A DNA stretch of 64,000 nt, from assembly GCA_965216755.1 (NCBI GenBank), contig CBDCGL010000011.1:1888001-1952000 (forward strand), written 5' to 3'. The DNA is from Alphaproteobacteria bacterium (lineage in GTDB: Bacteria; Pseudomonadota; Alphaproteobacteria; UBA7887). Position numbers and translations under genes: made by a program. Below, piece after piece: positions 29,223 to 40,187 of this stretch (the stretch's first letter is position 1; each line of letters begins with the position of its first letter). The notes beneath the pieces are model-generated. The model had not been told where the DNA came from. It made no database searches and saw only the letters and a program-made list of their open reading frames with translations.

Positions 29223-32200
29223 TCAGCGTGAGATCGGTGCGCCCGGCTGCGCCCGACGCGGATTTGCGGCGCCGTCGGCACTCGTCCCGTTCGTCGTCTG
29301 ACGGTCGCCAAAGGCGGAGAACAGCTCGCGCAAGATCCCTGGTGCCAGCGCCGTAAGTGGATTGACCGAAACGTCGGGCTCTTCCATGGTGCCGGTAACC
29401 CGGTAAGTTGCGGCGAACACGCCGCTGCCTTCGCCGCCCGTCAGAATATCGCCGATCAGCGGTATTCTTCCGATCAGACTGTTCAACATATATGCCGGCA
29501 CTATGGTGCCTTTCAGATTAAGATTTTCTTCACTCAGAAGCACACGTCCGTTCATGGTCAGCCCGATTGAAATGCCACTGGCGCGGGCACGCTCGATCGT
29601 CAGTACGTCGCCCCGTATGCCAAACGGGGCTTCGAGAGAGTTGAACGCCAATCCCCCGCCGTCCAACATCTCCAATGCACCGGTCAGCGTTGCCGCGGTC
29701 AGAACGCGGGCCAACAGCGGCGCGTCAACAACACGAAAATCGTCGACCCGAACAAAGCCCGTAACATCCGCGTCATCCGCTTCGTCGTGCAAGAGCGCTT
29801 CGACGTGCAGAGCACCGCCGACCATGTTTTGACTGAGACCGAAAGCGCGCGCCACGGCACCAGCGTCCGGCCCGCTAAGCGTGGCCAAACGATTGCTGCC
29901 GCTGGGTTCGACCCGTAACGAGAGATCGGAGCCGGCGTCGACGCTGGCATGAAATCGCATCTGGCTTAGTTTTTCGCCGTCGTACCAGCCGGACACATTC
30001 GCATCACGCACGACAATTTCGTCGGACAGGACCAATTCATCGACTTCGCCTTCGAATGTCGCTGTCACCGGCGTTGCATCAGGTTCCGTCCGATCGACGC
30101 CCAGCGAGTCGCCAGCCTCGTCTGAGTCATCTAGTATAAATGGTCTTAAATCCAGTATTTTACCGGAAAAAGTTAAATTTATGTTTGAGCTATCCCTGGC
30201 CACCAACTTCACAGACAATTCGCTGCCGCGATGAGACAAACGTTGAAATGTGATGGTTCTTCGACCGTCATCGCCGGGTTCCAATGAAGCAGCACCAAAA
30301 CCCTTTATCTCTGTCCCTTCGATCTCGAGGTCCGAAATGTCGAGCCTGCCGTCGGGATCTAAACGAATGGTCGATAACACGGATAGATTTTCAGCTGCGG
30401 GTTTGGTCCAACGCAGCATGGGCATGAAGACATCTGCAGCATCGAGATTCAGGGCCAACTGCCCCACCCACGACCCGTTAGCCCTACCAGTGATTTCTCC
30501 GTCAAGGTCGATCGGACCGGCAACACGCGGATCTGCCAGCCGGATCGCGCGACGTGCGGTCTCTGTCACACGCCCGGCCACGGTAATCTCGCGTACAATA
30601 CCCTCTGGCGCGGGTTCAAAGATCTCGTGCCACGAAAGATTGACGGTCTCACCATCGACATCGGCGGCACCGCCAAGATGGAACCCTGAAGTATTGAGCA
30701 CCAAGGAGAAGTGACCATTCCGCGCGCTGACCTCGCGTCGCGGTACGCCCGCAAAGCTGTAGCGCGTCGCGACGCCCGACAATTCAGCCAGGACATCAAT
30801 ACTCCATTGTCCGGGCCCGGGGTCGTCGCGCAACGGCGTAACAAGACGAAACTCCGAAACAAACTCGCCGCCCACCGCATCGGGATCCAGTCCCATGGCC
30901 TGCGTGTATCGAAACCGCGGTAACGAAAGCAGAGCAAGTGCCTCGGAAATGGGCCCTTCGACCGCGATATCGAACTCACCTTGTTCCTGGTCACGACCCA
31001 AATTGCGAAGTCTGACGGAACTTGGCCCCATTTCGAGTACCCCGCTCGACGCCATAGCGACGTCAATGCTCAGGTCGATGGGATCAAAGGTTCCTTGCAG
31101 TTCGATATTCTCAATTGCTGGCATCCCATCCAGATACCGCGTCGCGCCATTCGTAATCGTGAACGCACCGCGAACCCGATCGCGCGCCAAATGGCGCTTT
31201 GACCAGTCGTCACCGGCGAGGTTCAAGCTCAGCGTTAAGCGCTCGAGGTGGCCACCCTGAATATTCTCACGGACCCAACGCAATCCGCCGGGGGCCACGC
31301 CGCTAGGCCAATAATGCGCAACCTCCAGGGCCGGCACATTGCCGACAAGAACGTCACCGCGCACTTCGGGCATCGACCACGGCGCCTTCACAATCCCGGA
31401 GAACGCTGCCGTGGGGCCTTCAAAATCAATGAATGCATCGTCGATGCGCAGGGTGTCTTTGGCGGCATCGTACACCCCCTTCACTTGCGCCAGCCCGACC
31501 TCGAACAATGGTCTTTCCGGGTCCAATTCCGGCAAATTCAATGTTCCGGCACCGGATGACACGTCAAATGCCGCCCGCATCACCCGGCCATCGGCCCCCG
31601 TTGACATCTCCACGTTGGCCGACACGGGCAAATTTATCGACGCCAGTCGCGCTAACTGTGGCGACATCTCCGCCAACTTCGATGGCCAGACGTCTGCAAA
31701 ATTCACAGCCACATCAAACTTGCGCGTGTCGTTGTCAAAACGCATTGTCGCGGTTGCCGACCAAGGCATCCCGCCGACATCGACTGTCAGATCGGCATCG
31801 CCACTCAATCCGCGGTCATCGCGGTAAACCGCGATTGTTGCGCTTGGCGCGACCCACTGCGTGTGCAGTTTCATATCGTCCACGGTCACACGCGCGCGCG
31901 CGATGCTCAGGCCCTCAAGGTATCCTAAGGTCTGGCTTCGATCGGGCGTATCCAAGAGCTCTGCCACGACGCGCTCAACCACGACTTCGTCGCCTGCTGC
32001 GTCGGCGTCGCTGGCGTCAGTCGCGGCGACACCCGCGGTCCGAACCGCGCCATCCGGCCGCCGCACCAAATGGATCTCCGGCCCGCTGATTTCCAACCAG
32101 GTCGGCGCGATCAGTCCACGCGAAAGCGCCAACACACTCAGTCCAAAGCCCATTTCTGGGATGACGGCGGCGACCGCTTTGTCGTTCTGACTGTCGATCG

Positions 32201-32447
32201 CGCGGACATTGAACGCACGCACCGAGACGGCATTCTGCCAACCCGACCAGTTGATACTCAAATCGTCGAAACGGATGTCGATATCGTCGAAGCCATCACT
32301 CAGCGCCGCCTCGACGTAGGGCGCAAAAGTCTGCAGAGAGATCGGACCACTGGATAGTCGCCACGCCGCAGCCGCAACAAGCATGGCCAGCATTGCGGCC
32401 AACGCTGCCAGTCCGTGCAACAGTCCTCTTGTGGCTGGACGGATCAA
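29223..32447 (-). CDS. AsmA-like / DUF3971 (YhdP-like) envelope protein
   Basis: N-terminal TM anchor then RLSSGPISL; beta-rich body; C-terminal GTIVPAY.LN....IP.IG...GEG.GVFAATY.VTG...P.VSVNPL.ALAPG; TTG start estimated. Confidence 0.85.
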   Translation of the reverse strand: MIRPATRGLLHGLAALAAMLAMLVAAAAWRLSSGPISLQTFAPYVEAALSDGFDDIDIRFDDLSINWSGWQNAVSVRAFNVRAIDSQNDKAVAAVIPEMGFGLSVLALSRGLIAPTWLEISGPEIHLVRRPDGAVRTAGVAATDASDADAAGDEVVVERVVAELLDTPDRSQTLGYLEGLSIARARVTVDDMKLHTQWVAPSATIAVYRDDRGLSGDADLTVDVGGMPWSATATMRFDNDTRKFDVAVNFADVWPSKLAEMSPQLARLASINLPVSANVEMSTGADGRVMRAAFDVSSGAGTLNLPELDPERPLFEVGLAQVKGVYDAAKDTLRIDDAFIDFEGPTAAFSGIVKAPWSMPEVRGDVLVGNVPALEVAHYWPSGVAPGGLRWVRENIQGGHLERLTLSLNLAGDDWSKRHLARDRVRGAFTITNGATRYLDGMPAIENIELQGTFDPIDLSIDVAMASSGVLEMGPSSVRLRNLGRDQEQGEFDIAVEGPISEALALLSLPRFRYTQAMGLDPDAVGGEFVSEFRLVTPLRDDPGPGQWSIDVLAELSGVATRYSFAGVPRREVSARNGHFSLVLNTSGFHLGGAADVDGETVNLSWHEIFEPAPEGIVREITVAGRVTETARRAIRLADPRVAGPIDLDGEITGRANGSWVGQLALNLDAADVFMPMLRWTKPAAENLSVLSTIRLDPDGRLDISDLEIEGTEIKGFGAASLEPGDDGRRTITFQRLSHRGSELSVKLVARDSSNINLTFSGKILDLRPFILDDSDEAGDSLGVDRTEPDATPVTATFEGEVDELVLSDEIVVRDANVSGWYDGEKLSQMRFHASVDAGSDLSLRVEPSGSNRLATLSGPDAGAVARAFGLSQNMVGGALHVEALLHDEADDADVTGFVRVDDFRVVDAPLLARVLTAATLTGALEMLDGGGLAFNSLEAPFGIRGDVLTIERARASGISIGLTMNGRVLLSEENLNLKGTIVPAYMLNSLIGRIPLIGDILTGGEGSGVFAATYRVTGTMEEPDVSVNPLTALAPGILRELFSAFGDRQTTNGTSADGAANPRRAQPGAPISR

Positions 32448-32524
32448 CGTGAATTCGACATGTTCGTCGGGCGGCGAATGACCGCCGATTACCCCCAATC
32501 TTGACCTGGTCGCTGGGGACCTTA

Positions 32525-35479
32525 ATGGACAACGCCTGTCAATCCAACCTCCGCCACCCGCCACGCGCCGGCAATCCTGAGGCGGCGGCGCGCGGGCTCG
32601 AAGATTGGCGCACGCAAAGCGCCAATTCCGATCGCCCCGAATTGAGAACCGCAGCTGGTCTGGCCGACGCCGAAAACAGCCGCGTTGTTCTGGAAGCGCT
32701 ATTTGGAAATGCGCCATTTCTTGGCCGCTGTGCCCTGGCGGAACCCGAGTTCTTCGCTTGGGCGCTCTCGGCGACACCAGAAACATGCTGGAACGGCATT
32801 CTTTCCGCCATCGCCTACGATGCGACCAAGGACCTGGACGACGATAGCGTTAAACGGGCCCTACGCATCGCGCGGCGGCGGGCTGCGTTGTTGGTCGCGA
32901 TCGCTGACTTGACCGGTAAGTGGTCGATCGAAACCTCCGCCCATGCCCTGTCCCGCTTCGCGGAAGCCGCGATCGCGCGAGCGGTCGAACATGTGATCGC
33001 TCGGGGTGCCGATACCGGCGATCTGGACGTTGCCGACCCGCTGGATCCGGCAAAAGACTGCGGATTGATCGTGCTTGGCATGGGAAAGCTCGGCGGCGGC
33101 GAGCTGAACTACTCAAGCGACGTCGACCTGATCGTTCTCTATGATCTTGACAAAGTGGCGTATCGCGGGCGGCGCACCGTGCAGGACTATTTTGTCCGCC
33201 TAACCCGCTCCTTAGTGTCAATATTGGACGATCGCACTGTCGACGGTTACGTGTTTCGTACTGATCTGCGTCTGCGACCGGATCCGGGCGCAACGCCACT
33301 CGCGCTTTCGGTCTCGGCGGCGGAAACGTACTACGAGAGTCTCGGCCAGAATTGGGAACGCGCGGCCATGATCAAAGCCCGCCCGATCGCCGGTGATCGC
33401 GATGCAGGCGACGCATTTCTCCAATCAATTCGGCCGTTTGTTTGGCGACGCTTCTTGGATTTTGCCGCCATTCAGGACATCCACGCCATCAAACGACAAA
33501 TTCACAGCCACAAGGGCGGTGGCGAGATCCAGCTGGCCGGGCACAACATCAAGCTCGGCCGTGGCGGTATTCGCGAAATCGAGTTCTTTGCGCAAACGCA
33601 GCAACTTATTTGGGGTGGCCGCTATCCGGAGCTGCGCACGCGCGGAACGATTGACGCGCTCAACGGACTCGCCACGTCGCACCGCATTTCGCCAGATGCG
33701 AAATCCGATTTGACCGCCGCATATTGGTTTCTCCGCGGCGCCGAACAGCGGCTGCAAATGGTCGAAGACCGACAGACCCACGTGCTGCCCAACGACGACG
33801 GCGAACTTGCCCGGTTTGCGACCTTTCTCGGCTACGACGACCCGCAGACTTTTTTGGCCACACTGCACCATCACCTCCACGCGGTCGCAGATCATTATGG
33901 GCGATTGTTCGAAGAGTCGCCCGATCTCGCAGCGCCGACCGATCGGGGCGGTAGTCTGGTGTTTACAGGCGTCGAGGGTGACGAGGAGACCTTGACCACA
34001 TTGTCGGATATGGGGTTCGAGCGCACCGAGACTGTGTGGGACATCATTCGTGGCTGGCATCATGGCCGTCTGCGCGCTATGCGTTCGACACGAGCGCGCG
34101 AAATATTGACCAGCATCATGCCGAACTTGCTGGCGGCATTTTCGCGAACCGCGAATCCGAGTCAGGCGCTGCTCAACTTCCACGAATTCTTGAGCAATCT
34201 TCCAGCTGGCGTTCAGCTGTTCAGTCTGTTTCAGGCTCATCCGCCCTTGCTTGACTTGGTCGCGCAGATCATGGGCACAGCCCCCAAACTGGCCATCTAT
34301 TTAAGCCGCCATGCGCGCCTATTTGATGTTGTCCTAACCGAAGGTTTTCTCGATCCGATGCCTGAGAAGCCGGTCCTTGCCGAAGCGCTGCGTACCGCGC
34401 TGGCGCCGGCTGTCGACTTTCAGGACACGCTCGACATGGTGCAGCGGTGGACCGGTGACGCGAAGTTCCAAGTGAGCGTGCAACAGTTGAAGGGGCTGGT
34501 CGACAGCGAAGCCAGTGGTCGCACCCTTGCCGATATCGCGGATCTGGCCTTGGAGGCCATGACCAATGCGGTCCAGGTCGAGTTCGCGAAGAACTACGGC
34601 CGTGTGCCAGGGGCCGGGTTGGCGATTTTGGGCTATGGCAAACTCGGCAGTCGCGCGCTCAATCGTGGGTCCGATCTGGATATCGTCTTCGTTTACGATA
34701 TCGATTCCAGCGGCAGCGGGTCTGACGGTCCCAAATCCTTGATGCCCAGCACGTATTACAACCGCCTTTGCCAGCGCCTGATCACGGCGCTCAGCGCGCC
34801 GACAGCGGAGGGTAAACTCTACGAAGTTGACATTCGCCTGCGCCCCATGGGCAATGACGGTCCGATAGCGTCCGAGTTTATTGGTTTCGGGAGGTACTAC
34901 CACGAGGATGCGTGGACATGGGAACTCATGGCCCTCACCCGCGCGCGGGTGGCGGTAGCAGCGCCGGAACTAGCGAACCGACTGGCGGACGTCTTTCATG
35001 ATGTCATCACGCGCAAAAGAGAACCAGCACCCTTGATGCGCGACGTCGTGGAAATGCGCGTACGCATGGCTCAAGAACACGGAACATCCGATCCCTGGTC
35101 CGTCAAGCATGTTCGGGGTGGATTGATCGACGTCGAGTTTATCGCCCAAGCGCTGCAGCTCCGCTACGCGGCGGAAAATGAACAGATACTGAGCGTGGAC
35201 ACGGCGCTCGCACTGCGCAAATTGGTTGAAGCCGGTTACCTGTCCGCCGATGATGGCGGCGACTTGATTGCAGCGTTACGGTTGTATCTCGATGTTCAAG
35301 CCATGGCCCGATTGTGCTTGGTCGAGGCCATTGATGAGAATGCACCCGCCGGCCTCCGCGAGGCCTTGGCACGCGTCGGCGGTTGCGAAAGTTTTGCGAC
35401 ACTTCACGATCATTTGCGAGACACGCAATCGCGTATCCACGGCATCTTCAAAGCATTGATCGAAGCACCGATCACGTAG
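32525..35479 (+). CDS. glnE: Bifunctional glutamine synthetase adenylyltransferase / adenylyl-removing enzyme
   Basis: Two nucleotidyltransferase repeats: GMGKLGGGELNYSSDVDL...DLRLRP and GYGKLGS....SDLD...DIRLRP; WERAA; GGIREIEF. Confidence 0.97.
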   Translation: MDNACQSNLRHPPRAGNPEAAARGLEDWRTQSANSDRPELRTAAGLADAENSRVVLEALFGNAPFLGRCALAEPEFFAWALSATPETCWNGILSAIAYDATKDLDDDSVKRALRIARRRAALLVAIADLTGKWSIETSAHALSRFAEAAIARAVEHVIARGADTGDLDVADPLDPAKDCGLIVLGMGKLGGGELNYSSDVDLIVLYDLDKVAYRGRRTVQDYFVRLTRSLVSILDDRTVDGYVFRTDLRLRPDPGATPLALSVSAAETYYESLGQNWERAAMIKARPIAGDRDAGDAFLQSIRPFVWRRFLDFAAIQDIHAIKRQIHSHKGGGEIQLAGHNIKLGRGGIREIEFFAQTQQLIWGGRYPELRTRGTIDALNGLATSHRISPDAKSDLTAAYWFLRGAEQRLQMVEDRQTHVLPNDDGELARFATFLGYDDPQTFLATLHHHLHAVADHYGRLFEESPDLAAPTDRGGSLVFTGVEGDEETLTTLSDMGFERTETVWDIIRGWHHGRLRAMRSTRAREILTSIMPNLLAAFSRTANPSQALLNFHEFLSNLPAGVQLFSLFQAHPPLLDLVAQIMGTAPKLAIYLSRHARLFDVVLTEGFLDPMPEKPVLAEALRTALAPAVDFQDTLDMVQRWTGDAKFQVSVQQLKGLVDSEASGRTLADIADLALEAMTNAVQVEFAKNYGRVPGAGLAILGYGKLGSRALNRGSDLDIVFVYDIDSSGSGSDGPKSLMPSTYYNRLCQRLITALSAPTAEGKLYEVDIRLRPMGNDGPIASEFIGFGRYYHEDAWTWELMALTRARVAVAAPELANRLADVFHDVITRKREPAPLMRDVVEMRVRMAQEHGTSDPWSVKHVRGGLIDVEFIAQALQLRYAAENEQILSVDTALALRKLVEAGYLSADDGGDLIAALRLYLDVQAMARLCLVEAIDENAPAGLREALARVGGCESFATLHDHLRDTQSRIHGIFKALIEAPIT

Positions 35480-35513
35480 TGGCACAAACTTTGTTTGATG
35501 GAGAGGGATTGGT

Positions 35514-35993
35514 ATGGCAACGAGCCAATTGGGGCCGCAGGTCGGAGACAAAGCTCCCGCATTCGATCTACCGGCCGACGGTGGCGAGCACATCACACTT
35601 ATGGACTTCAATGGTAAGCCGCTGGTCCTTTACTTCTATCCGAAAGACGACACAGCCGGCTGCACGAAAGAGGCAATTGGCTTTACCGAGGCGGCATCCG
35701 ACTTCGAGAAACTCGATGTCACTGTACTTGGCTTATCGAAAGATAGCGTCGCGACCCATGACAAGTTTATCAAGAAGCATGGTTTGAACGTGCGCCTTTT
35801 GTCTGACGAAAATGGCGCGGTGTGTGAGTCCTATGGCGTGTGGGTCGAAAAGAACATGTATGGGCGCAAATATATGGGCATCGAGCGCGCCACATACCTC
35901 ATTGATGGCAAAGGCATCATTCGCAATGTGTGGCGAAAAGTGAAGGTCACCGGCCACGTTGCGGCGGTACTCGAAGCTGCGCGCGCGCTATGA
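35514..35993 (+). CDS. bcp: Peroxiredoxin Bcp/PrxQ
   Basis: YFYPKDDTAGCTKEA, YGVW.EKNMYGRKYMGIERAT. Confidence 0.93.
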   Translation: MATSQLGPQVGDKAPAFDLPADGGEHITLMDFNGKPLVLYFYPKDDTAGCTKEAIGFTEAASDFEKLDVTVLGLSKDSVATHDKFIKKHGLNVRLLSDENGAVCESYGVWVEKNMYGRKYMGIERATYLIDGKGIIRNVWRKVKVTGHVAAVLEAARAL

Positions 35994-36027
35994 TTTGATA
36001 TCCACATAACGACCGGATGACCGGGCT

Positions 36028-36867
36028 TTGGCAGCGTCAGGTTTCGAGACCCTGACCGCGGCAGCGTGCGCCGTTCTCGAAATGCCAGTGCCCAACGCCA
36101 AGGTCGCGCTCAGCCTGCAAATCGCCGCTGAATGGCGGAATCGGCGCCTGGTCAAAATTGGCGACCGGCGCCCCCCGGACACACCGCGGCGGCCTCAGCG
36201 CCCGTTGTTGCGGCCGCCGCGAGACATGGCGCGGCGGCGGCGCGGACAAAGCCGTTCAGGGCGCACCGCGTTGCTACATGCGGTAACACACATCGAACTC
36301 AACGCCATTGATCTGGCATGGGATCTGATCGCGCGTTTCGCCGCTATCGCGCCACACCCGGACTTCTTCGATGACTGGGTGCGGGTTGCGTGCGAGGAAG
36401 CTCTCCATTTTCGGCTCCTCGCGAGGCGCCTTGTAGCACTTGATTGCATGTACGGTGACCTGCCCGCCCATGATGGACTGTGGCAGGCGGCCCATGAAAC
36501 ACGCCACGATATCCTTGCCCGGCTGGCGATTGTACCGCTGGTTCTCGAGGCACGCGGCCTCGACGTGACACCAGCGATGATTCGTAACCTCGAACGCGCC
36601 GGAGATGCGCAAAGCGGTACCGTACTGCGTCGGATCTACCTTGACGAAATTGGCCATGTCGCCGTCGGCCTGCGTTGGTTCAACCAAATTGCGCAGGATC
36701 GCGGCCTTGATCCGAGACAAGCATGGCATAGATTGGTCCGCACGCACTTCAAAGGCACGCTCAAGCCACCGTTCAACGACGAAGCGCGCGCCCAAGCAGG
36801 ATTTGACGACGGCTACTACGGCGCGCTTGCCAGTGAGACCCGATCAGCCAACACTCGATCAACATAA
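36028..36867 (+). CDS. Ferritin-like DUF455 protein
   Basis: ALLHAVTHIELNAIDLAWD, EEALHF, YGDLPAHDGLW, LEARGLDVTP, DEIGHV. Confidence 0.9.
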   Translation: MAASGFETLTAAACAVLEMPVPNAKVALSLQIAAEWRNRRLVKIGDRRPPDTPRRPQRPLLRPPRDMARRRRGQSRSGRTALLHAVTHIELNAIDLAWDLIARFAAIAPHPDFFDDWVRVACEEALHFRLLARRLVALDCMYGDLPAHDGLWQAAHETRHDILARLAIVPLVLEARGLDVTPAMIRNLERAGDAQSGTVLRRIYLDEIGHVAVGLRWFNQIAQDRGLDPRQAWHRLVRTHFKGTLKPPFNDEARAQAGFDDGYYGALASETRSANTRST

Positions 36868-37009
36868 CGCGGTGTGACCTCGGTCGCGGGCCCATGGCCA
36901 TCCCAATCTCGAAACATATGCGACCATGCTTCCTTGGATATGTCCGCGCTGGTCAGACCGACGATTGGCGTTCTCGGATCCACAGCAAGCACGTCCACAG
37001 AGAAGGCCG

Positions 37010-37813
37010 TCAAACCTTATACGCGTAGTTTTTGCCGGGCTCTCGTTCGATATCCGGCGGAAAATTCGCCCGCTTCTCGGCGAAATATCGCTCCCGATGA
37101 TCGCCGTGCTCGGCCAAGCCATAGGTCACATACAAAATCCGCCGCCGGAGTGTAGACAGATTTGGCGCAGACCGGTGTGGCGCGAAAGAGTCGAAGAAGA
37201 CAACGTCGCCCGGATCAGTTGGAAGCTTCTCAAAATGTAGATCCGCGATATCACTCTCGGACAGCGGCTTCCACATTTCGCCGATCAAACCGTCTTCGTG
37301 GTGTCCTGCCACCAACTCCAAGCAGCCGTTTTGCTTTGTCGCCGGATCGATTGAAATCATCATCGTGGTGTGGCGCGCACCATACACAGCCCACCCTGCC
37401 TGCACATCCTGATGGGGCTCAAATCCCTGCCCCCCAGGCAACTTCAGGTTGACTTTCTCCTTGAACAGGATGGCAGGTGCGCCAAACAAAGTCGAAACGC
37501 GGCCACACATTTCCGGCCCCCGCATCAGTGCACCCAGCTCAGCATGAAAATCCGCAAAATATTCAATGCGCGACAGCACGCGTTGACTGGCGTCACGAAC
37601 ATGGTCTTCGTAATAGAACATCGCGCCGCCCGGCGTTTCGGGCATTGCTTGCAGCGCATCGACCCAACGCGTCACCGATGCCATGCGCTCGGGCCCAAAC
37701 ATGCCTCGACACACCAGGAATCCGTCGCGCCTAAACGCCTGACACTGCCGTTCCGTGATCTCCGTCCCGTGTTCCGTCGCTGCAACCGCCATTGCCGCCC
37801 CCGCATTTGACAT
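37010..37813 (-). CDS. Fe(II)/2-oxoglutarate dioxygenase, PhyH family (PhnY-like)
   Basis: LFKEKVNLKLPGG.GFEPHQD (HxD), NGCL, PGDVVFFDS..PHRS..N....RR.LY.TY, KRANFPP; start at 37813 or 37792. Confidence 0.85.
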   Translation of the reverse strand: MSNAGAAMAVAATEHGTEITERQCQAFRRDGFLVCRGMFGPERMASVTRWVDALQAMPETPGGAMFYYEDHVRDASQRVLSRIEYFADFHAELGALMRGPEMCGRVSTLFGAPAILFKEKVNLKLPGGQGFEPHQDVQAGWAVYGARHTTMMISIDPATKQNGCLELVAGHHEDGLIGEMWKPLSESDIADLHFEKLPTDPGDVVFFDSFAPHRSAPNLSTLRRRILYVTYGLAEHGDHRERYFAEKRANFPPDIEREPGKNYAYKV

Positions 37814-38030
37814 TGCCAAGATCGATCCGGAACATGCCGAAATCGGCGGCCGTACTGTGACGGGGGGCTTGCAAAGTTGCAACCAAAGACAACAGAGGAT
37901 GAGAGGCAAAGGCGGAGACTTGACACGTCCGGCCAGTGATAAAATGTCGTGGCGTGTTTCGCCTTGTTTCTATCGGCTCCGATGCCGATCTTTGTCCGAA
38001 ACGTTGACCGCTGAAAGAGGAACGAGACCG

Positions 38031-38930
38031 ATGATACCGAAGTGGAGAATGATCCCATTGGTCGCAGCGCTGGCAGGGTTCGTTGCCGATAGCGCTTGGG
38101 CCATGCCCCTCCAATCGCGCAACACTCGCGCTTCGGAGGTTTTGGAAAGCGAGTCAGGCGTTCGCGCGCGGGGTTCGACCAATTACCAAGGACGTGGAAA
38201 CATTCGTGGCCAACGCGCGGCCGCGGCCGTACAAGTGCCGGTCTATCCGTGGGTTTGGGAGCAAGAGGCCGTTTTCCAGCGCGAAGGCAGCACCAAATTC
38301 CTCGTTCGTATGGAGAACATTTCTCCTGAAACGGCAATGCAATATGGAGATGGCACAACCGAAGCTGCCGGCATGTCGCATGGCGTCTACAGTGTGTTTC
38401 GCGATCAATCCCCAATGTACCAGGTCGGCCAAGTCGTCGCGTCGGGCAATGGTTTCGAAGCGCTTGCCGAAGATGGCAACGTCCGCCCTTTGCAGTCGTT
38501 TTTGGAAGGCGCCCCCTCGTCACTCGAATCCGGGATCTTCTATAAGCCGGTTGGCGCGGTCCGCGACGAAGAATTGTGGCCGGGCAAGATCTATGAATTT
38601 GTCGTCACCGCCGATCCCGGTGATCAGCTGACCTTCGCCACCATGTTGATGCAGTCGAATGACCTGGTCTACGCGCCGGCGTCAGGATCGATCGCATTGT
38701 TTGACCGCGAGGGGCGCCCTGTTTCGGGCGATATTACGCCTCAGCTCGCGCTCCTCGATGCCGGCACCGAGGTCAACGAAGAGCCGGGCTTCGGTGTTTG
38801 TAGTGGCATGAATCAAACGACGCTCAACGAAGGGCCAAGCGAGAGTCTCCCGGTCGAGCCGGTGAATGACGGCTATACCTATCCGTCCGTGGCAGAGGTG
38901 CTGCGGGTCACAATCGTGCCCCTTGACTAA
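38031..38930 (+). CDS. Secreted spondin-domain protein
   Basis: Signal peptide; S.GV..V, EALAEDGN, FATMLMQSND, DAGTEVNEEPG.G. Confidence 0.8.
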   Translation: MIPKWRMIPLVAALAGFVADSAWAMPLQSRNTRASEVLESESGVRARGSTNYQGRGNIRGQRAAAAVQVPVYPWVWEQEAVFQREGSTKFLVRMENISPETAMQYGDGTTEAAGMSHGVYSVFRDQSPMYQVGQVVASGNGFEALAEDGNVRPLQSFLEGAPSSLESGIFYKPVGAVRDEELWPGKIYEFVVTADPGDQLTFATMLMQSNDLVYAPASGSIALFDREGRPVSGDITPQLALLDAGTEVNEEPGFGVCSGMNQTTLNEGPSESLPVEPVNDGYTYPSVAEVLRVTIVPLD

Positions 38931-38935
38931 GCGCT

Positions 38936-40067
38936 TCAGGACGGCGCATCACGGCTTTCGTCGCGTGTGTTCCCGACCCTCGCGGCCAAAGCGGCGGCGA
39001 GGAAATCATCGATGTCGCCGTCCAATACCGCGGTAGTATTGCTGGTCTCCACGCTGGTGCGCAGGTCCTTGACCATCTGATAGGGGTGTAGCACGTACGA
39101 CCGGATTTGGTGGCCCCATCCGATATCAGATTTCGCCGCCTCGGCCGCTTGCATTTCCTCGTCGCGTTTTTGCAGTTCCAACTCGTAGAGTCGCGACCGC
39201 AGCATGCTGAAAGCGGTCGCGCGATTCTTGTGCTGTGATCGCTCGTTTTGGCATTGGACGACAATCCCAGTTGGCAAATGGGTGATGCGTACCGCGGAAT
39301 CGGTCTTGTTCACATGTTGTCCGCCTGCCCCGGACGCGCGGTACGTATCGACGCGAATGTCTCTGTCAGCGATCTCCACCTCGATCGCTTCATCAATCAC
39401 CGGGTACACCCAAACACTTGCGAAACTGGTGTGCCGACGAGACGAAGAGTCGAAAGGCGAAATACGCACCAAACGGTGGACACCACTCTCGGTCTTGAGC
39501 CAGCCATAGGCGTTGACACCGGAAATCCGCGCCACGGCTGATTTGATTCCGGCTTCTTCGCCCTCGCTTTCCTCAACGAACGCAGTCTTGTAATCGTGGG
39601 ATTCGGCCCAGCGAAGGTACATCCGACAGAGCATTTCGGCCCAATCCTGGCTTTCAGTACCGCCAGCGCCCGCATGGATTTCTATGAAACAGTCATTGCC
39701 GTCGGCTTCGCCCGACAGCAGTGTTTGCAGCTCCAATTTGCTGGCGCGCGCCTTCAACACACGCAGGGCTTCGCCGGCTTCGTTGACCACCTCGTCATCG
39801 CCCTCGGCTTCACCCAGTTCGACAAGCTCGACATTGTCTGACAAGGCCGTTTCGAGTTGGGCGAACGCCGACAAGTCGGATTCCAACCGCGTGCGCTCAC
39901 GCATCAACGCCTGTGCCCGTTGCGGATCATCCCACAAATTAGGATCCTCGGCCTGGCGATTCAGCTCAGCAAGTTTCTGGCGCGTCGCGTCGGGGTCAAA
40001 GATGCCTCCTCAGCAGAGCCAACGACTGCTCAATTTCGTTGGCGACCGCCTGCAGTTCGGTGCGCAT
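38936..40067 (-). CDS. prfB: Peptide chain release factor 2 (programmed +1 frameshift)
   Basis: [23 protein letters not shown] then CTT-TGA-C, continuing in +1; SPF and GGQ motifs. Confidence 0.97.
39995..40010 (-). promoter_or_regulatory. prfB frameshift signal
   Basis: Minus strand AGGAGG-CAT-CTT-TGA-C (internal SD, slippery codon, UGA). Confidence 0.95.
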
Positions 40068-40187
40068 GGTCCATTCACCAATGTCTCATGTGGAATTCGT
40101 CCCCAACGACTAAGCGCTCTCCACCTTAATATCAACAGGGTCCGCCAAACAGTCTCCCTAGGGGCCCCGCGCGCTTGGGCCAGGGCG

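Noticed and set aside
32448-32786. Long N-terminal extension of the AsmA-like ORF overlapping glnE
   Set aside because: The TM anchor begins near 32447; the extension is antisense to glnE and looks spurious
39995-40010. In-frame stop in prfB as a pseudogene or novelty
   Set aside because: This is the well-known programmed +1 frameshift
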